Source: a bacterium (lineage in GTDB: Bacteria > Bacillota > Clostridia > Oscillospirales > CAG-382). Taken from it: DNA of 64,000 bases. The notes under the pieces are model-generated. The model was given only the letters and a program-made list of their open reading frames with translations. It did no database searches and was not told the DNA's origin. Where the stretch lies: positions 70,150 to 134,149 of the forward strand of contig CAVLDN010000001.1 of assembly GCA_963661975.1 (NCBI GenBank), given 5' to 3'. Position 1 is the first letter of the stretch; every line of letters begins with the position of its first letter. Shown here piece after piece: positions 26,009 to 35,625 of this stretch. Both the position numbers and the translations under genes were made by a program.

Positions 26009-26595
26009 TTTTCAGCCATTTCCAATGCTTTTATATATTCTTCCTCACTTGCGAGCATATTTATCGCCTCGAAAAGTGCCTTTGCCGTAAGCGTTTCGGG
26101 CAAACCGAGCGCCCGTGCAAGCAGTTTGCGGCGCCGTGCAGAATCGGGCGTACCCGAAAGTCCGTCGGCATAAAGGCGTGCGCGGCTCGGGCAAAAGCCG
26201 CTTATGGCATCCGAAGAACCCTCCGCATACGGCGAAAGAAGATCAAAGAGTACCGATTCGCTCATTCCCTCGACACCGAGCAGCCCGTCGGCGGAGCCAT
26301 GCTCCTTGCGCCTTTCCTTGCCGCGTATGCAGGGCGAATACACATTAATTATGTTGCCGCTGACAAGGCCCTTCAGCCTTGCGCGGATAAAGTTTCCGGC
26401 ACGGTCGCTGTCGGCAAGCAGAATCACGCCGCCGGAGCGCGAAAGCCTTGAAAGCAGCGACTGCTTATCTTTATCGCGGAATATGCCGAATCCGTTCAGC
26501 GCAATCACCGGCGTGGATACCACGGCGCAGACCTTTGCTTTATCGTATTTTCCTTCCACAATGACAGGATATTTCAGTTTCAGCTTATTTTCCAT
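25987..26595 (-). CDS. Toprim domain protein (RNase M5-like / DUF4093 family)
   Basis: Start at ATG 26595. YPVIVEGKYDKAKV...ILLADSDRAGNFIR is a Toprim signature. Confidence 0.7.
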   Translation of the reverse strand: MENKLKLKYPVIVEGKYDKAKVCAVVSTPVIALNGFGIFRDKDKQSLLSRLSRSGGVILLADSDRAGNFIRARLKGLVSGNIINVYSPCIRGKERRKEHGSADGLLGVEGMSESVLFDLLSPYAEGSSDAISGFCPSRARLYADGLSGTPDSARRRKLLARALGLPETLTAKALFEAINMLASEEEYIKALEMAEKWQKESE

Positions 26596-27619
26596 ACGCG
26601 CATATCCTGTAAAACGCATTTTCGATTATTCTGTCCGGATTTCCGGAAAAGCTTTTTAACTTATTATCCGCATCGGATATCCGCGCGATTGCGTAGGCTA
26701 TACGACGTTTGTCCGAACCGGCAGCCGAGGCGGCTGTCTTTCTGACGCGCCATACAGAGGTCTTGAGATCGGATGCGATATCCGCTTCGCTTTTGCCGCT
26801 TTCCAAGCCGGTTTTCACAAGCAGCATTTCGGAATAGCTTTTGGCGATGGCACCCATTGCGACAGTCAATTCCGTGCGCGAAAGATCGAGGTTATCGAGT
26901 ATACGCTTTGCCGAGAGCATATCGCGCCGCGAAAGCGCATTGACGATATCGTAATACTTATATGCGGCATTTCCGCAGCAGTATTTGTAAATATCCGTGG
27001 GATTTACCACCCTGCCCTCGCAGGCGACAGTAAGCTTTTCCAGCTCCGAGCGCAGCACATACATGTCCGTTCCGCAATACGCGATAAGTTCCCGCGGGAC
27101 GGCGGATTCGTACTTTAAGCCGCGTGCATCAAGATGCCTTGTTACCCATGTGCGAAGCTTTTCGGGCTTTTCGGCGCCGAAGCTGACAACTGTGCCGGTT
27201 TTCTCCACGGCCCGTACAAGACCTTCAAGACCGCTTTTCTTTTTTGCAAGTTCCGTTTCATCCACCGCACCGCCGCGCAGCACGATAAGCACCGTAACAT
27301 ATTCCGGCAGGTCCGCAAAAACGCGGGCGTAGCTTTCGCAATCTTCCTCCGAAAGCTTTACATTCTGAATTTCGTTTATTTCTATCAGCTTTGTTTCCCA
27401 CATATAAGGGAGCGAAAAAGCGGCTTCTTCAAGGTCGTTCACGCTCTCCGCGGCAGCGTTAAAGAAGGTATGGTTGAATTCGGGCAGAGGCGATACATCC
27501 ACGCGCTTGCGCAGGGCGGAGGCATAAAAGTCCTTCATGTATTCCTCGGCGCCGTAAAAGAGCACCGCGCCGTGTATACTTGCGATGCGCGATTTAAGTT
27601 CTTCATGGGTTATCGACAA
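26585..27619 (-). CDS. holA: DNA polymerase III subunit delta
   Basis: 344 aa, VLFYGAEEYMKD..., located directly downstream of comEC as in Bacillus/Clostridia. Confidence 0.85.
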   Translation of the reverse strand: MSITHEELKSRIASIHGAVLFYGAEEYMKDFYASALRKRVDVSPLPEFNHTFFNAAAESVNDLEEAAFSLPYMWETKLIEINEIQNVKLSEEDCESYARVFADLPEYVTVLIVLRGGAVDETELAKKKSGLEGLVRAVEKTGTVVSFGAEKPEKLRTWVTRHLDARGLKYESAVPRELIAYCGTDMYVLRSELEKLTVACEGRVVNPTDIYKYCCGNAAYKYYDIVNALSRRDMLSAKRILDNLDLSRTELTVAMGAIAKSYSEMLLVKTGLESGKSEADIASDLKTSVWRVRKTAASAAGSDKRRIAYAIARISDADNKLKSFSGNPDRIIENAFYRICAYGK

Positions 27620-29774
27620 CCAATTCGCCTCCCTTCTTTACATCAAATCTGATCTTTTCGTTAAAATCAAGCCGTTTTGTCCCTATGGGCGCATTATCGC
27701 CGCCACAATAAAGGATCGGACTTTCAAGCTTTGCATTGCATTTCGATGCAACGGCAATATCGCATTGCACCGCACCGCTGTATTGCGGTGTGAAAATACA
27801 TATCTTCTTTCCGCCAAGCCGTGATGTGAAATACAATCCGCCGCTGCCGAGGTAATTCCCGCTCACAAGGTACTCCGCATTCGGATCGTAATGCGAATTT
27901 TCATCGGAATAAAGGGCAACATCGCAGCCGCGGCTGTACGCCGTTTCCGCAATGCGGGCGGATACCGCTGCTTCGTCCGCGCCCGATGCGGCGGGTATAA
28001 CGACCGTATCAACAGGCACATTACCGCTGAAACGGTCGAACCGCCCGGCGGCATTTTCATCAAATTGCGTTATGATATAGCGGTTTACGCGGGTGAAACC
28101 GCTTTCGTAGACCGCGGCGGTATCGGCACGGACGCCGCATATATCGATATAATCAAGCTCTCCGCCGCGGCAGGAGATTATATATCCGGTTTTTGCATCC
28201 GAATATTCTATAAAGCTTTCGTTTTTGATATAAAACGATTCCGCGGCACCGCAGGCAAGCACCGAAACGGCAAACATCCCGACCATAATGCCCGCAAAAT
28301 ATTTCTTTCTTCTGCCGCCGAAAACAAGCACGGCTATCGCCGCAAGCGAGAGAATAAGCGGAATGACCGCAAATCCGCTGCGAAGTGAAATGACGGATAT
28401 ACCGAGCGAATCGACAAACCCGCACCCGCGGACGACCAACCCGATTATAGCACCGGAGAGCGAGGCAATGACACCGGCAACCCACGGCAGGATGTCCGAA
28501 AGCAGCGATGCCGCAAAGGAAAGCCTTGTTGCAAGTGAAAACAGCGGGACAACGATGATATTTATGATCGGTGACAGCGTGGAAGCCGTATCGAAGCAGG
28601 AAAACAATACCGGAAAGGAGAAAGCCCCGCTTGCCGCCGAAACCGCCGCCGGCACAACAATGAGTGCCGCCGCACGGCGAAGCAGCCGCGTGAAAAAACC
28701 GTTGCCGCGGAAGGCAAAACCGATGCTCTGAAACAGGGGCGAAGCGAGTATGATTCCGAGGCAGCACAAAAACGAAAGCATAAGCCCCGCCGAGCAGAGC
28801 GAATAGGGATTTATCAGCGCAAGCAGGCCGAGCGCGAAAAACATTGCGGTGATGCTGTCGAACTTCACAAGCACCGTTTTGAAAAGCATTCCGCAGGCAA
28901 GCATTACCGTGGCACGGACAGCGCCGGGCGTAAAGCCGACAACCGCGGTATAAAGCACCGCAACCGCCGCGCCTATCACGCCGCATACTCTGCGGTTCAC
29001 CCCGAAAATCAGGAGCAGATAATAGACCGACATGGCGGTTATGGAGATATGAAGCCCGCTTATGGCAAGAATATGCGAAATACCTGCGGAACGGAAAAGC
29101 ATATAAATGCGCGGGTCCATTCCGCTTCTGTCACCTACGGTGACGGCATTTGCGATCGTGCGGACGGTATCATCGCCCGCATAGAGTTTTTCGTTGCTTT
29201 TGCGTATATAGTTGCGTATATCATAAAGCAATCCGCTCCCGTTTTCGTGCGCGGAAATACTACCCGATGCGGTAAGAAAGATACCGGATGCAAGGCAGGA
29301 ACGCGAAGAAGCGGTATTATAGACCACCGCAGCGGTGATGATATCGCCCGAAACGGCATTTTCTTCACCCGCATTCAGATAATAGCGTATATACTTCCCT
29401 GCGGGAACGCCGATATCGCTTTTTTCGATCGCGCAATCGTAATAATCGGATTCGGCGGAAACGATACGCATGACGGCGGTATCCTCCGCGCCGACAAAGC
29501 CCGCGCCCGCCGAGCCGATATCCGACTGCAAAACGACACGCAGACTCCCGCAAGCAAAAGCGGCGACCGCAACCGCGACCGCCGTGGCTTTTTTGTAGCG
29601 TCTGTCATCGCCGGCACGGGAAAACACCGCGCAGCAAACGGCTGCGGCGACACACAGAACGATCAAGGCGGCGCGGCAGGAGCGGGTATCACATTTTACG
29701 GCAATCGTTATCCCGAAAACGATTCCGGCAATAAAAACCGTGATAACAGTCGCAAGAACGCGCTTTTTATACAA
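27603..29774 (-). CDS. comEC: ComEC/Rec2 DNA internalization channel protein (degenerate C-terminal lactamase-like domain)
   Basis: 723 aa, polytopic, with competence-domain motif FRSAGISHILAISGLHISI. Confidence 0.88.
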   Translation of the reverse strand: MYKKRVLATVITVFIAGIVFGITIAVKCDTRSCRAALIVLCVAAAVCCAVFSRAGDDRRYKKATAVAVAVAAFACGSLRVVLQSDIGSAGAGFVGAEDTAVMRIVSAESDYYDCAIEKSDIGVPAGKYIRYYLNAGEENAVSGDIITAAVVYNTASSRSCLASGIFLTASGSISAHENGSGLLYDIRNYIRKSNEKLYAGDDTVRTIANAVTVGDRSGMDPRIYMLFRSAGISHILAISGLHISITAMSVYYLLLIFGVNRRVCGVIGAAVAVLYTAVVGFTPGAVRATVMLACGMLFKTVLVKFDSITAMFFALGLLALINPYSLCSAGLMLSFLCCLGIILASPLFQSIGFAFRGNGFFTRLLRRAAALIVVPAAVSAASGAFSFPVLFSCFDTASTLSPIINIIVVPLFSLATRLSFAASLLSDILPWVAGVIASLSGAIIGLVVRGCGFVDSLGISVISLRSGFAVIPLILSLAAIAVLVFGGRRKKYFAGIMVGMFAVSVLACGAAESFYIKNESFIEYSDAKTGYIISCRGGELDYIDICGVRADTAAVYESGFTRVNRYIITQFDENAAGRFDRFSGNVPVDTVVIPAASGADEAAVSARIAETAYSRGCDVALYSDENSHYDPNAEYLVSGNYLGSGGLYFTSRLGGKKICIFTPQYSGAVQCDIAVASKCNAKLESPILYCGGDNAPIGTKRLDFNEKIRFDVKKGGELVVDNP

Positions 29775-29779
29775 AGTCT

Positions 29780-30361
29780 TTATTCCTTGCCCTTCGGAAC
29801 TAAGAGAGGAAGTTCCTCCAGATAGGTTATATCCTTACGGTCGATGGCATCGCCCTCCGCAAGTATGGACATCCTTCCGACGATATTGCCGCCTGATGCC
29901 TTTACAAGTTCCTCGATAGCGTGGAGCGATTCCCCGGTGCTGATAACATCGTCGACAATGACGACTCTTTTGCCGTTCATATAATCGGCATCCGTTTTAT
30001 CCAGATAAAGCGACTGACGGTTTGCTGTGGTGATAGACTGCACTTCAAAGGAAATGGGGTTCTTCATGTAAAGTTTGGGAGCTTTACGCGCAAGAATATA
30101 GCGATTTTCGCCGAGTTGACGCGCCATTTCGTGCACAAGCGGGATTCCCTTTGCTTCGGCTGTGATAAGAACATCATGCTCCGGGACAAGCTTGCAAAGC
30201 TCGCAGGCGGATCTGACGGTAAGCTCCACATCGCCGAATATTACGAATCCGGCGATATAAAGGCTGTCGTTCACCCTGCAAACGGGGAGCTGCCTTTTGA
30301 GCCCCGCCACCGTCATTTCGTGATAATGATAAGTTTCGGGATCGATATAAACGGTTTTCAT
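29780..30361 (-). CDS. phosphoribosyltransferase family protein (Apt/Xpt-like)
   Basis: 193 aa, PRPP-binding loop VVIVDDVISTGES. Confidence 0.75.
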   Translation of the reverse strand: MKTVYIDPETYHYHEMTVAGLKRQLPVCRVNDSLYIAGFVIFGDVELTVRSACELCKLVPEHDVLITAEAKGIPLVHEMARQLGENRYILARKAPKLYMKNPISFEVQSITTANRQSLYLDKTDADYMNGKRVVIVDDVISTGESLHAIEELVKASGGNIVGRMSILAEGDAIDRKDITYLEELPLLVPKGKE

Positions 30362-30379
30362 GGTATGTATCTCCTTATT

Positions 30380-30721
30380 TCAGGCAAGTTTTACGGGCAG
30401 CTTCTCGCCGCCGAGAATATGAAAGTGAAGATGCTTTACGGATTGACCGGCATCCTCGCCGATATTGGTGATAACGCGGTATCCGTTCCCGAGCGAAAGT
30501 GCGGAGGCGATCTTCGGTATCGCGAGCAGAACCTTGCCGATATCGCCGATATTTTCGGCATTTGCCTCGTCAAGCGAGGCGATATGCTTCTTCGGCACGA
30601 CAAGCACGTGCACCGGTGCATTGGGATTTATATCGTAAAACGCAAAAACACTTTCATCCTCGTAAACCTTGCGGGAGGGTATTTCCCCCGCTATGATCTT
30701 ACAGAAAAGGCAATCGTTCAT
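30380..30721 (-). CDS. HIT family protein (HinT-like nucleotide hydrolase)
   Basis: 113 aa, CLFCKIIAGEIP, histidine triad HLHFHILGG. Confidence 0.92.
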   Translation of the reverse strand: MNDCLFCKIIAGEIPSRKVYEDESVFAFYDINPNAPVHVLVVPKKHIASLDEANAENIGDIGKVLLAIPKIASALSLGNGYRVITNIGEDAGQSVKHLHFHILGGEKLPVKLA

Positions 30722-30733
30722 TTTTACACCTCT

Positions 30734-33367
30734 TTAATGTATTTGGGAAGCGAGTATTCCGGATGCGGCATCCATCGCTTCGTGGAGACGTGAAGCATCC
30801 TTGCCGCCGCTCGATGCGCTGTTCGGTCTGCCGCCGCCGCCACCGCCTACGATAGGCGAAACGGCTTTGAGCAGATTACCTGCATGCGCGCCCCTGGAAA
30901 CGGCTTCGATACCGCAGGCGGAAACAAGCACAACCTTTTCGCCCGTGACGGATGCGAAAAGCGTAACTGCTTCCGGGTGAGCGGAAATGATCTTATCCGC
31001 CGCATCACGCAGGGCATCTGCGGAAAGCTGGTCGAAACTTGCGCGCACGAGATGCAGGCCGGAAACTTCCTCGGCATTTTTATATGCCGATTCAATCGCG
31101 CCGAACGCCGCTTTGCGGTTCATGGCTTCGAGTTCCTTGCGGAGCCTGCGGTTTTCCTCCGAAAGCGCTTCGGCTTTGTTTATGATATCTTCCCTGCCGG
31201 CGGATTTGACAATCTTGCCGACAGAGGCAAGCATGGATTCGGTTCTGCGGAGTTCTTCAAGGCTGTTCAGTCCGGTGAGTACCTCGATCCTGCGGACGCC
31301 TGCGGCGACGGAGGATTCGGAAGCAATACGGAACAGACCGAGCCTGCCCGTACGGGCGACATGAGTACCGCCGCAAAGTTCCTTGGAAAAATCGCCCATG
31401 GAGACAACGCGGACCTTATCGCCGTATTTTTCGCCGAACAGCGCCATTGCGCCCTTCGCGCGGGCTTCATCCGGTGTCATGATATCGGTCGTGACCTCAA
31501 TATCCGCAAGCACCTGTTCGTTTACAAGATCCTCGACCTCCTGCAATTCTGCCGTCGTAACGGCAGAACCGTGGGTAAAGTCGAATCTGCCGATCTTATC
31601 GTTGACATAGGAGCCCGCCTGCTCTACATGAGTTCCGAGCACCCTGCGCAGTGCCGCCTGGAGCAGGTGGAGTGCGGAGTGATTGCGTGCAATGGCGGCG
31701 CGGCGTGCGGCGTCGACTGTCGCCGCGGCACTGCCCTTTTCGATGGTACCTTCCGTGACCGTGCCGGTATGGAGGTATATTCCTTCGGGAGTTTTATGTG
31801 TATCCGTAACGGTAAACACGCCGTTTGCCGTTTTGATAACACCGGTATCGCCGACCTGTCCGCCGCTTTCGGCATAGAACGGCGTACGGTCGGTGATGAC
31901 CACGGCACTGCCGCCGCTGATAAAGGCGTTATCCTCGCCCTCGGAAATGATATATTCTATGTTGCATTCGGAGGAAAGTTCCTCGTAGCCGGTGAATACC
32001 GTTGCGACGCTCTTATCCACCATGGAAAGCGCATCGCCTACCCAGCCGGCATCGATATTCGCTCTTGCCTCGCGCGCACGCTTCTTCTGTTCCTGCATAA
32101 GTGCGCGGAAGGCTTCCTCATCCACGGCAATGCCCTTTTCTTCGGTTATCTCTTTTGTGAGGTCTATCGGGAATCCGTAGGTATCGTAAAGTTTGAAGAC
32201 GCTTTCGCCGGAAAGCGTTTTGCTGCCCGAAGCAACGGTTTCGGCAAGCATTTTATCGAGTATCGAAAGCCCTGAATCGAGTGTCTGCGCAAAACGGTCT
32301 TCTTCCGCACGGATCGTCTTTTTGATATAATCCCTGCGCTGTTCAAGCTCCGGATATGCGCCGCGGTTGTTTTCGATAACAACATCGCAGACATCGCCGA
32401 GAAATACATTCTTTATACCGAGAAGCCTTCCGTGCCTTGCCGCGCGGCGGAGCACACGGCGGAGGATATAGCCCCTGCCCTCGTTGGAGGGGATGACACC
32501 GTCGCCGATAAGGAAGGTTGCCGTCTTGATATGGTCGGTTATGACGCGGATGGAAACATCGTCATCCGCGGCGGAGCCGTGGTATTCCTTTCCCGCAAGC
32601 TCGCAAACCTTATCGAGAATGCTGCGGTTCGTATCGACCTCGAAAAGGTTGCCGACATCCTGCATAACGCAGGCAAGGCGTTCAAGCCCCATGCCGGTAT
32701 CTATGTTCGGGTGGGCAAGGCGGGTGTAATTCCCGTTGCCGTCGCCCTCAAACTGCGTAAAGACTATGTTCCATACCTCGATAAATCTGTCGCAATCGCA
32801 GCCGACTCCGCAATCCGGCTTGCCGCAGCCGTATTTTTCGCCGCGGTCGAAGTATATTTCGGAGCAGGGGCCGCAGGGGCCGGAGCCGATTTCCCAGAAG
32901 TTGTCCTCCTTGCCGAGACGGACTATCCTGTCCGCCGGGACACCGGTCTTTACCCAAATATCGAACGCTTCGTCATCATCGATATAGACACTCGGGTAAA
33001 GCCTTTCCGCGGGGATCTCCATGACCTTCGTGAGAAATTCCCACGCCCACGGAATGGCATCCTGCTTGAAGTAATCGCCGAACGAAAAGTTGCCGAGCAT
33101 TTCGAAAAACGTGCCGTGACGGGCAGTTTTGCCGACATTGTCGATATCAAGCGTGCGGACGCACTTCTGGCAGGTCGTAACGCGCTTTCTCGGGGGGACG
33201 CGTTCACCCGTGAAGTATTTTTTCAGCGGAGCCATACCCGCATTTATAAGAAGGAGCGAATCGTCATCCTGCGGGACAAGCGGGAAGGAATTCAGACAAA
33301 GATGCCCCTTGCTTTCGAAAAATTCAAGGTATTTCCTGCGTATTTCATTCAGTGATATAGGCTGCAT
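30734..33367 (-). CDS. alaS: alanine--tRNA ligase
   Basis: 877 aa, FEMLGNFSFGDYFK, editing-domain HSALHLL and CGGTHV. Confidence 0.97.
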   Translation of the reverse strand: MQPISLNEIRRKYLEFFESKGHLCLNSFPLVPQDDDSLLLINAGMAPLKKYFTGERVPPRKRVTTCQKCVRTLDIDNVGKTARHGTFFEMLGNFSFGDYFKQDAIPWAWEFLTKVMEIPAERLYPSVYIDDDEAFDIWVKTGVPADRIVRLGKEDNFWEIGSGPCGPCSEIYFDRGEKYGCGKPDCGVGCDCDRFIEVWNIVFTQFEGDGNGNYTRLAHPNIDTGMGLERLACVMQDVGNLFEVDTNRSILDKVCELAGKEYHGSAADDDVSIRVITDHIKTATFLIGDGVIPSNEGRGYILRRVLRRAARHGRLLGIKNVFLGDVCDVVIENNRGAYPELEQRRDYIKKTIRAEEDRFAQTLDSGLSILDKMLAETVASGSKTLSGESVFKLYDTYGFPIDLTKEITEEKGIAVDEEAFRALMQEQKKRAREARANIDAGWVGDALSMVDKSVATVFTGYEELSSECNIEYIISEGEDNAFISGGSAVVITDRTPFYAESGGQVGDTGVIKTANGVFTVTDTHKTPEGIYLHTGTVTEGTIEKGSAAATVDAARRAAIARNHSALHLLQAALRRVLGTHVEQAGSYVNDKIGRFDFTHGSAVTTAELQEVEDLVNEQVLADIEVTTDIMTPDEARAKGAMALFGEKYGDKVRVVSMGDFSKELCGGTHVARTGRLGLFRIASESSVAAGVRRIEVLTGLNSLEELRRTESMLASVGKIVKSAGREDIINKAEALSEENRRLRKELEAMNRKAAFGAIESAYKNAEEVSGLHLVRASFDQLSADALRDAADKIISAHPEAVTLFASVTGEKVVLVSACGIEAVSRGAHAGNLLKAVSPIVGGGGGGRPNSASSGGKDASRLHEAMDAASGILASQIH

Positions 33368-33389
33368 TTTCTATGTTTTCCTTTCGGAT

Positions 33390-34250
33390 TTAATTTTCTT
33401 CTGTTGATGCGGAGCTTTCATCGGAGCTTTCATCCGATGTTCCGAGCTTTATTGCGGGAACCGACTTCGATGTTGTCCAGCGGAGGGAATTCGCCTCGCA
33501 ATACTTATAAACGGCAGAGCCCTCCGGCGCGATCAGCGCAAGCTTTTCGGAAGCGGAGAAGGCATCGGCGCCGATCTCGACCTCGGTATTGATGAATGTG
33601 AGGTATTCAAGTGATTCGCAGCCGCAAAAGGCGCGGGCACCGATTTTATTGACAGAGGAGGGTATTTCGTATTCGGTGAGTGCGCTGCAATAGGAAAAAG
33701 CACGCACGCCGATGGAATCAATCTGCCCCCTGAAGGTGATTTGTTTGAGCGAATCACAGCAGTTGAAGCAGTAATCCGGTATGCTCTTTACCCCGGAGCC
33801 GACAACGACGGTTTCGAGCATTTCACACTGCGCAAAGGCGCGCATGCCGATCTCGGTGACACTGTCGGGTATTACTATTGAAGAGAGCCTGTCGGCACAG
33901 TAAAATGCGCTTTCGGTGATAGCGGTGACGCTGTCGGGTATCGTGACCGAAACGACCTTTGCTTCCGTCTGATAAAAGCAGAGCGAACCGACCTCCGTGA
34001 CAGGCTTTCCGTCTATTTCGGAGGGTATCTCGACTTCAACCGATTCCGCAAGGTATTTTGTCACGGAAATATGATCCTTGAAAACATCGTACTCAAACAG
34101 TTCGTTTTTGAGCGTTGTAAGGTAACCGGCGGGCTTTTCGGATGCTTCGTTGCCGGTCACATACTGCTTTGCCTTATCCAAAAGAGCATTGCAGGAGGCA
34201 AGCAAAACGCACGCCAATACAAGCACAGCGAGAAGTGATAATTTCTTCAT
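33390..34250 (-). CDS. BspA-type leucine-rich-repeat lipoprotein
   Basis: Start at ATG 34250, since the promoter -10 overlaps the track start. Lipoprotein signal MKKLSLLAVLVLACVLLASC. Repeats of the form IPDSVTxIxxxAFxxCxxL. Confidence 0.8.
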   Translation of the reverse strand: MKKLSLLAVLVLACVLLASCNALLDKAKQYVTGNEASEKPAGYLTTLKNELFEYDVFKDHISVTKYLAESVEVEIPSEIDGKPVTEVGSLCFYQTEAKVVSVTIPDSVTAITESAFYCADRLSSIVIPDSVTEIGMRAFAQCEMLETVVVGSGVKSIPDYCFNCCDSLKQITFRGQIDSIGVRAFSYCSALTEYEIPSSVNKIGARAFCGCESLEYLTFINTEVEIGADAFSASEKLALIAPEGSAVYKYCEANSLRWTTSKSVPAIKLGTSDESSDESSASTEEN

Positions 34251-34279
34251 GTCGCGCACAATCCTTTCTATACCGTGCA

Positions 34280-34308
34280 ATTATACCACCCGACGCCCGT
34301 TTTGTCAA
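34280..34308 (-). promoter_or_regulatory. sigma-A type promoter of the LRR lipoprotein gene (and possibly alaS)
   Basis: On the minus strand: TTGACA (34308-34303), 17-nt spacer, TGgTATAAT (-10 at 34285-34280). Confidence 0.6.
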
Positions 34309-34337
34309 TTTATATCGGGCAAAATCAGACATTTTTA

Positions 34338-34366
34338 TTGACTTTGCGGGCGGAAGAGGTTAGAAT
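34338..34366 (+). promoter_or_regulatory. sigma-A type promoter of the epimerase gene
   Basis: TTGACT, 17-nt spacer, TAGAAT. Confidence 0.5.
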
Positions 34367-34404
34367 AAGGGCATACGAAACGATCAAAAGGAAGGTATTG
34401 TTAA

Positions 34405-35625
34405 ATGGAAAAAGCAACTATCGCTTCTTACCGCAGATTTTATCACGATCAGCTTTTGAACGATGTCATCCCCTTCTGGATGAACAGCGATCTTATCGAC
34501 CGTGAAAACGGCGGATATATCACAAGTGTCGACCGCGAAGGCAAATCCTACAACGACGACAAATCCGGATGGTTCCAAGGCAGATGCCTTTGGACATTCT
34601 CGCGGCTCTGCAATGTTTACGGCAAGCGCGACGAATGGGTTGAAGCCGCCGAGATCGGCAAAAAATTCATGGACAAATACATCGCCGACACCGACGGCAG
34701 AATGTATTTCACACTCACAAAAGAGGGCAAGCCGCTCCGCAAGCGCAGATACACCTTCACGGAAAGCTTTTATGTTCTCTCCATGGCGGAATATGCCGTT
34801 ATGACGGGCGACAAGGAAGCGCTCCGCAAGGCAGAGGAATGCTTCGAAACGATGCTTTCCGTATACCGCGATCCCTCAACCGATCCTTACAAGATCACCC
34901 CGAAGAGCTATGCCTCCACCCGTGCGGAACGCGCCGCCGCAAACCCGATGGTGCTTGTTTCCGGCGCACAGGCTCTGCGCAGGTGCGATCCCGAAAAGGC
35001 GGATTATTACACCCGCGTTGCGGATGAAATGGCCAATGATATCATCAATTATCACTACAAGCCGGAGCTCGGCTGCGTGCTGGAAACCGTTGGCCCGAAC
35101 GGCGAATATATCGACAACCCCGCCGGCAGAACAATCAACCCCGGTCACTCCATGGAAAACAGCTGGTTCCTCATGAATCAGGCGCTTTATACCGGCGATG
35201 AAAAGCTGCTCAAGACCGCGCTTACAATTCTCGACCGCTCGCTCGAATGGGGCTGGGATAAAGAAAACGGCGGATTTATCTACTTCACGGATGTCAAGGG
35301 CCGCCCCTGCGAACAGCTCGAGCATGACATGAAGCTTTGGTGGGTTCACAACGAGGCTCTTATCGCAACCCTGCTGGCTTACTCCATAACCGGCGACGAA
35401 AAATATGCCGAATGGTTCGAAAAGGCTCACTTCTATGCATTCGGGCATTTTGCCGATAAAGAATGCGGCGAATGGTACGGCTACCTCCACAAGGACGGCA
35501 CCGTTTCCCACACCCAGAAGGGCTCGATGTGGAAGGGTCCGTTTCACCTTCCCCGCTGCCTGATGAACTGCGAATACATCCTCGGCTGCCTTGAAGAAGG
35601 CAAAAAAGTCGGGCCTCTGCTCTGA
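34405..35625 (+). CDS. N-acylglucosamine 2-epimerase (AGE) superfamily protein
   Basis: 406 aa, ...FWMNSDLIDRENGGYITSVDREGK...WFQGRCLWTFS...WWVHNEALIA..., an (alpha/alpha)6-barrel epimerase family. Confidence 0.8.
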   Translation: MEKATIASYRRFYHDQLLNDVIPFWMNSDLIDRENGGYITSVDREGKSYNDDKSGWFQGRCLWTFSRLCNVYGKRDEWVEAAEIGKKFMDKYIADTDGRMYFTLTKEGKPLRKRRYTFTESFYVLSMAEYAVMTGDKEALRKAEECFETMLSVYRDPSTDPYKITPKSYASTRAERAAANPMVLVSGAQALRRCDPEKADYYTRVADEMANDIINYHYKPELGCVLETVGPNGEYIDNPAGRTINPGHSMENSWFLMNQALYTGDEKLLKTALTILDRSLEWGWDKENGGFIYFTDVKGRPCEQLEHDMKLWWVHNEALIATLLAYSITGDEKYAEWFEKAHFYAFGHFADKECGEWYGYLHKDGTVSHTQKGSMWKGPFHLPRCLMNCEYILGCLEEGKKVGPLL

